Shown piece by piece: positions 28,335 to 32,000 of a DNA stretch of 32,000 nt. The notes below the pieces were generated by a model, which worked only from the letters and a program-made list of their open reading frames with translations, was not told where the DNA came from and ran no database searches. The stretch covers positions 1,410,001-1,442,000 of the forward strand of contig NC_017856.1 in assembly GCF_000260965.1 (NCBI RefSeq). Direction: 5' to 3'. The stretch comes from Methylophaga frappieri (GTDB lineage: Bacteria; Pseudomonadota; Gammaproteobacteria; Nitrosococcales; Methylophagaceae). A program made the position numbers and the translations under genes. Numbering within the stretch: position 1 is the stretch's first letter; every line of letters begins with the position of its first letter.

Positions 28335-29831
28335 TCAAACTGCCGCAGCTTGCTTATCATCGTCAGTATTCATATCCGTGTCACACTCGACCCAGCGAAA
28401 ATTGTCACTTACAGCGATATCATCAAGAGCTGGTTGAATGACAAACTTGGAGGAACTTGTATTGTGAGCAGGCAGAGGCTCTTTCAATGCCTCCAGAACC
28501 TGTATTGAACTGAGAGAATATTCAAAACAGCTATATAGCCGAGATAGTATTTTATAAACCAAGAGATCCATTTGAGAGTCACTTGGTATTTGCTTTTCAA
28601 CTCCATACCTTCTGTGATTTAACACCTCAAAAATTAGTGTATAGGCTGCGTTTTTAACCCCTGTCCCGCCGTACCCCCATGAATAGTGGTTATCCAGTCT
28701 CTTTTTTGGAGCACGGCAAGCTATTAACTCTGGTGAGCCACCATTGATTATTTTTACAATTCTTCTTGGATTGGATGATTCTTCAGGAAGTAAACGAAAC
28801 GTTAACAAATCACGACTTTCAAAACTAATTGGTTCACTCAATGAGTTTTTCATCCTAATGTGATCTTTGTGAACTTTAGGCACAAATACTTCTTCAGACG
28901 CACCGCTCACTCTGAAAGTAGCGTTAATCTGCTCAGAATCAACGGTCAGAGATTCGAGCGGTTCATTTAATTGCTTGTTGCCTGACAAAATTGCTTGTAA
29001 TAATTTTTCGCTGTTCAATATCTCGTCAAACCCACCGTGAGTACTGTCATCCCGATATAGTTCTACCGCGTCGTTCTCGGGTAACAGCAAAAACCTACCA
29101 ATCGCATTAAGCAAATTTGGGCATGTCCCCATGTACTCCGCTTTATCCGAATAGTCGAGTGGGAAGGTCAAACCGAAGCCGAAATTTTGTCTGTATAAGT
29201 TTGCTGTAACTATTAGCGTTGAGCACAAAAGATCTATATACCAATCAAGGCAATCGCGCTCCAGAAACGTTTTTTGCTGAGCAACACAACAGAGATAAAG
29301 TGGTATTGCTGAATGGCCGTGCGTCTGTAACTTAGATAGAGAAATATCTTGTAGCTTGCTAACTAAATTACATTCATTACCTTCAATGATTGAAGAGATT
29401 TCCCAGCGGGCCGCAACTCTCTCCAAGTAACCGCGAGCAAAGTTTTTTTGTTCGTCAGTACTGAATAAGGTGGGATGTCTGTTTGGCTGAATTGAGCAAC
29501 AATAATAGTCAATGGCATTTAAAAGGGAATGTAGCGGTTCATCACTGTAATCTGTTTTGAGCCATTTAGCGGCTGAAGGACAAGCTTTCAATAGCCGATC
29601 AAGCTTTTCTCCTTTCGGGTAGTTCGACTTATTAACCCATTTCTTGATCGTTTTTACTTCAGGGGGTGTCAGTCCAGCATCCATGTGAAGTGTTTCAATC
29701 CCCTCGCACAAATCAGTCTCAGTCACTTCACCCACATAGCCTTTCTCTGATAGCTCAAGGGTTAAATGTTTTAACCAGATCGCTTGCCTGATTTCCCACG
29801 TAGGTAAATATTGGATAGCTCGTCGTTCCAT
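28335..29831 (-). CDS. Hypothetical 498-aa protein with no recognisable catalytic motif
   Basis: ORF 28335..29855. Codon 29855 is TTG. ATG 29831 (AAAGGA upstream) is preferred. Possible XRE-like HTH around GLTPPEVKTIKKWVNKSNYPKGEKLDRLLKA. C-terminal SWGYGGTGVKNAAYTLIFEVL motif. 51 nt upstream of, and co-oriented with, the zinc-ribbon gene. Confidence 0.65.
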   Translation of the reverse strand: MERRAIQYLPTWEIRQAIWLKHLTLELSEKGYVGEVTETDLCEGIETLHMDAGLTPPEVKTIKKWVNKSNYPKGEKLDRLLKACPSAAKWLKTDYSDEPLHSLLNAIDYYCCSIQPNRHPTLFSTDEQKNFARGYLERVAARWEISSIIEGNECNLVSKLQDISLSKLQTHGHSAIPLYLCCVAQQKTFLERDCLDWYIDLLCSTLIVTANLYRQNFGFGLTFPLDYSDKAEYMGTCPNLLNAIGRFLLLPENDAVELYRDDSTHGGFDEILNSEKLLQAILSGNKQLNEPLESLTVDSEQINATFRVSGASEEVFVPKVHKDHIRMKNSLSEPISFESRDLLTFRLLPEESSNPRRIVKIINGGSPELIACRAPKKRLDNHYSWGYGGTGVKNAAYTLIFEVLNHRRYGVEKQIPSDSQMDLLVYKILSRLYSCFEYSLSSIQVLEALKEPLPAHNTSSSKFVIQPALDDIAVSDNFRWVECDTDMNTDDDKQAAAV

Positions 29832-29954
29832 GATTATAAAAATCCTTTCTGTCAAGAAAATTAGCCAAATTTCTTAACTTTCGTAAATTCCTGTCTCCCA
29901 ATGCTAAGCGTTCATATCATCAACGGCAACTTTACAACACGTTGAGATAAGTCC

Positions 29955-30152
29955 ATGCATCAGAAAGATATCAAGTTACTGACCGTGCCAGAATTGGCCG
30001 AGATTCTGCACATGACCGCAGCAACAATCAGAAACAGGTTAAGTCGTGGTGAGCCGATGCCACCATCTATCAAAGTTGGGCACAGACGCTTATTCCCTGA
30101 AAGAGAGCTAAACGACTGGATTATGTCGAAGATTGATTCCATCGAATCATAA
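29955..30152 (+). CDS. alpA: AlpA/excisionase-family HTH DNA-binding protein
   Basis: 65 aa. LLTVPELAEILHMTAATIRNRLSRGEPMPPSIKVGHRRLFPERELNDWI is the MerR-superfamily excisionase/AlpA pattern. Confidence 0.8.
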   Translation: MHQKDIKLLTVPELAEILHMTAATIRNRLSRGEPMPPSIKVGHRRLFPERELNDWIMSKIDSIES

Positions 30153-30191
30153 GTCTTTTTTGAGCATTCTTTACTTAGTGACGCTCACGTT

Positions 30192-31067
30192 TTGACTTCT
30201 CAAACTGAAGCTCTTAGCGCAGAAGAGAAAAATGTCCATAGGTTTATAACTCAAGCCTCAGACATCAACTCAATAAGTGCTCAAGAAGCAGGGAGTCGGG
30301 CATATATGCCTAGGTCATTAGTTTTGGCGACACTTCCCCACAGTAAAAGACAAGATCCTTTTTTTGTTCGCAAAAATGGGAATTTCAGCCTTGCACTAAT
30401 GGCACACCCCGATATCGGCCTTCCCTACGGAAGCTTGCCCAGACTTTTGATTGCATTTCTAACTACAGAAGCTGTAAGAACGAACAGTCGTGATATTGAG
30501 CTTGGTAAATCACTATCTGACTTTCTTACCAAACTGAAAGAAACACCCAACGGAGGGCCAGGGGGAGGCATTACCAGGGTAAAAGAGCAAATGAGACGTT
30601 TGTTCTCAACTCGAATTTCTTGCACATACACTAACAAGAATCTCGTAAGTGGAACTAACTTAGATATTGTTGATAGCTATGATCTGTGGTGGCACCCTAC
30701 ATCTCCAGATCAATCGTCCCTATTCAAAAGTCATGTATGCCTAAATGAAGGTTTTTTCAAAGAAGTGACCCAAAGACCCGTTCCAATTGATATGAGAGCC
30801 CTAATGGCACTTAAAAAGTCTCCTCTGGAAGTGGATATCTATTGTTGGCTGACATATAGAATGAGCTACCTTGAGCGTACAATAGTGATCTCATGGCAAG
30901 ACCTTCAAATACAAATAGGAAGCTCCTACGCAAGAATGAGAGACTTCAAAGCAAAGTTCATTCAACATCTGAATCGAGTTTTGGCCGTATACCCTTCTGC
31001 AAGAGTGAGGGCTGTTAAGAACGGTTTAGAGCTAAAACCAAGTTTGACGCACATTCCTAAACGCTGA
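30192..31067 (+). CDS. repA: Plasmid/ICE-type replication initiator (RepA-like)
   Basis: 291 aa. LPYGSLPRLLIAFLTTEAVRTNSRDIELGKSLSDFLTKL resembles the conserved core of 'plasmid-encoded RepA' proteins found on ICEs and plasmids. Iterons lie immediately downstream. The start is uncertain (TTG at 30192, no clear SD). Confidence 0.7.
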   Translation: MTSQTEALSAEEKNVHRFITQASDINSISAQEAGSRAYMPRSLVLATLPHSKRQDPFFVRKNGNFSLALMAHPDIGLPYGSLPRLLIAFLTTEAVRTNSRDIELGKSLSDFLTKLKETPNGGPGGGITRVKEQMRRLFSTRISCTYTNKNLVSGTNLDIVDSYDLWWHPTSPDQSSLFKSHVCLNEGFFKEVTQRPVPIDMRALMALKKSPLEVDIYCWLTYRMSYLERTIVISWQDLQIQIGSSYARMRDFKAKFIQHLNRVLAVYPSARVRAVKNGLELKPSLTHIPKR

Positions 31068-31119
31068 TTTTCACAAGCCAGACTCATGTGGACAAAGTTG
31101 TTAGTGATGAAAGATATCC

Positions 31120-31201
31120 ACGCATTAACGGTCGCGTTAGAAGCTTATTTTTACGCATTAACGGTCGCGCTAAGTTCGTTTTTTACGCATTAACGGTCGC
31201 G
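31120..31201 (+). repeat. Three direct 17-bp iterons, ACGCATTAACGGTCGCG
   Basis: Exact copies at 31120-31136, 31153-31169 and 31185-31201 (spacing 33 and 32 bp, about 3 helical turns). Copies 2 and 3 share an extended TTTTTACGCATTAACGGTCGCGC. Confidence 0.9.
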
Positions 31202-31253
31202 CCATTAACCCTCAAAGCCATACTAGGCAAGGCTTTCCAGCCCCCTCCTATAG

Positions 31254-31279
31254 TATTACCTGTAGTTATTACCTGTAGT
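31254..31279 (+). repeat. Tandem 13-bp direct repeat, TATTACCTGTAGT x2
   Basis: 31254-31266 and 31267-31279 are identical and adjacent. Confidence 0.85.
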
Positions 31280-31294
31280 TAGTTCGCTAAATTA

Positions 31295-31303
31295 TGTGGA
31301 TAA
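31295..31303 (-). promoter_or_regulatory. Consensus DnaA box
   Basis: TGTGGATAA is the reverse complement of TTATCCACA, a perfect 9/9 match. It lies 94 bp from the last iteron. Confidence 0.6.
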
Positions 31304-31400
31304 CTAAAAGTTTTCTCGAAATCTGCTCAGATCAAACGTGTTTGGTTTTCATATGATCAGAATAATTTCTGAGCATCGGTCTACCAATACTGTGGGGATA

Positions 31401-31680
31401 GAGTGGACAATTTACGTGTAGCGTGTGTGATAGACGAAATAGGCGTGTGTAATAGCCGAAGCTATTCACTGCTTATGCAGGATGACATTGCAGATCTCAC
31501 TCATACTAACTCCACAACATTGTTTTTACAGGGTTTACACGGTATCAGGGAGCTACAATCTCAAGATTAGGAGTAACCATATTTAGCTCCAATAAAGCCA
31601 AATAAACCAACAAAACGTGTGTGATAGACGAAAAAGCGTGTGTAATAGACGACGCTATGAGTGGACAAATTCCGTGTTGT
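31401..31680 (+). repeat. Second repeat family: four 18-bp (G/A)CGTGTGT(G/A)ATAG(A/C)CGA(A/C) sites in two pairs, plus two GAGTGGACAA motifs
   Basis: 18-mers at 31421-31438, 31443-31460, 31615-31632 and 31636-31653 (21-22 bp apart within each pair). GAGTGGACAA at 31401-31410 and 31659-31668. Confidence 0.8.
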
Positions 31681-31855
31681 AAATGAATCTAGTGACCGAA
31701 CAGAGCTATGTTATTACCAGAAACTGTAGTTTTATTTGTCGAAAACTACAGACTCAATGCAAGAGCATGGTAAACATGTACGAGGTTATTAGTGTTAGTA
31801 CCAAAGGTGCTTAGACCACGATGTTTCATAGTGATAAATAAATTGGAATTGAACT

Positions 31856-31898
31856 AGGCTGCCATCCATCTAGTTAGGTAAATTATGGATGGCAGCCT
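31856..31898. repeat. Perfect 14-bp inverted repeat (hairpin or operator)
   Basis: AGGCTGCCATCCAT (31856-31869) / ATGGATGGCAGCCT (31885-31898) with a 15-nt loop. No U-tract on either strand. Confidence 0.8.
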
Positions 31899-31929
31899 AA
31901 TACACTGTTAGGCAACAATAAGTCCATTT

Positions 31930-32000
31930 ATGACAAAAATAGAATATACAAATTTGCAAGATCTTGATCAGGGTGAATTGCTTTCAGTCTTAAATAAAGA
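31930..32000 (+). CDS. Partial ORF of unknown function, running off the window
   Basis: ATG at 31930 gives MTKIEYTNLQDLDQGELLSVLNK... Only 23 codons are visible. Confidence 0.3.
   Translation, partial: MTKIEYTNLQDLDQGELLSVLNK

Larger units (their letters stand above)
27593..32000. mobile_element. tRNA-integrated genomic island or phage-satellite-like element (partial). Its far end and integrase lie beyond the window.
   Basis: tRNA 3' fragment at the junction. Visibly lower GC than the flanking core. AlpA-type gene, RepA-type gene, iterons and a DnaA box. Orphan cargo genes. Confidence 0.7.

Noticed and set aside
29832-29856. TTGACA ... TATAAT pair directly upstream of the 498-aa gene's ATG
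   Set aside because: The spacer is only 11 nt and the -10-like hexamer ends 1 nt before the ATG, which is not a workable sigma70 geometry for this gene. The AAAGGA within it is more likely the SD.
31120-31201. Possible mini-CRISPR array (regularly spaced direct repeats)
   Set aside because: There are only three 17-bp repeats with 15-16-bp spacers. The repeats lack CRISPR length and palindromy. They sit directly after a rep gene and next to a DnaA box, so iterons explain them better.
31088-31282. 64-aa plus-strand ORF
   Set aside because: It is built from the iteron repeats, translating as a repeated INGR(V/A), and lies in the origin region. It is a repeat artefact, not a gene.

Overview
About 27.6 kb of gammaproteobacterial core chromosome, followed by the first ~4.4 kb of an AT-richer integrated element that continues past the window end. 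The gene content suggests a marine methylotroph of Methylophaga type, but that is only a guess.

Core region, in order:
- The end of a TonB2-type ExbB operon, and a NarX/NarL-like two-component pair.
- hemL, sbcB, a TonB-dependent receptor and an isochorismatase-family hydrolase.
- The conserved methyltransferase / rhodanese / tolC trio.
- A long minus-strand supercluster (26124 down to 12227): bepA-like M48 protease, SoxY-like, SoxZ-like, histidine kinase, LuxR regulator | histidine kinase, LuxR regulator | xoxF-type (WDYDG, lanthanide-type) PQQ dehydrogenase | pqqA (23 aa, missing from the ORF track), pqqB, pqqC, pqqD, pqqE, ABC ATPase, ABC-2 permease.
- Transcribed divergently from bepA: a tusA-like gene, a DsrE-like gene and a DUF502 gene.

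Island: at 27593 a 3' fragment of a tRNA-Arg(CCU)-like gene (no 5' half) marks an att-type junction. Beyond it lie:
- Two uncharacterised co-oriented genes: a ~498-aa protein and a zinc-ribbon/TM/coiled-coil protein.
- A divergent AlpA-type excisionase/regulator and a RepA-type replication initiator.
- An oriV-like region with three 17-bp iterons and a perfect DnaA box, plus further repeat families and a partial ORF.

The best candidate for an undescribed system is the two-gene cargo module at 27822-29855. The translationally coupled bepA-soxYZ-kinase-regulator operon next to xoxF/pqq is the second most interesting item.
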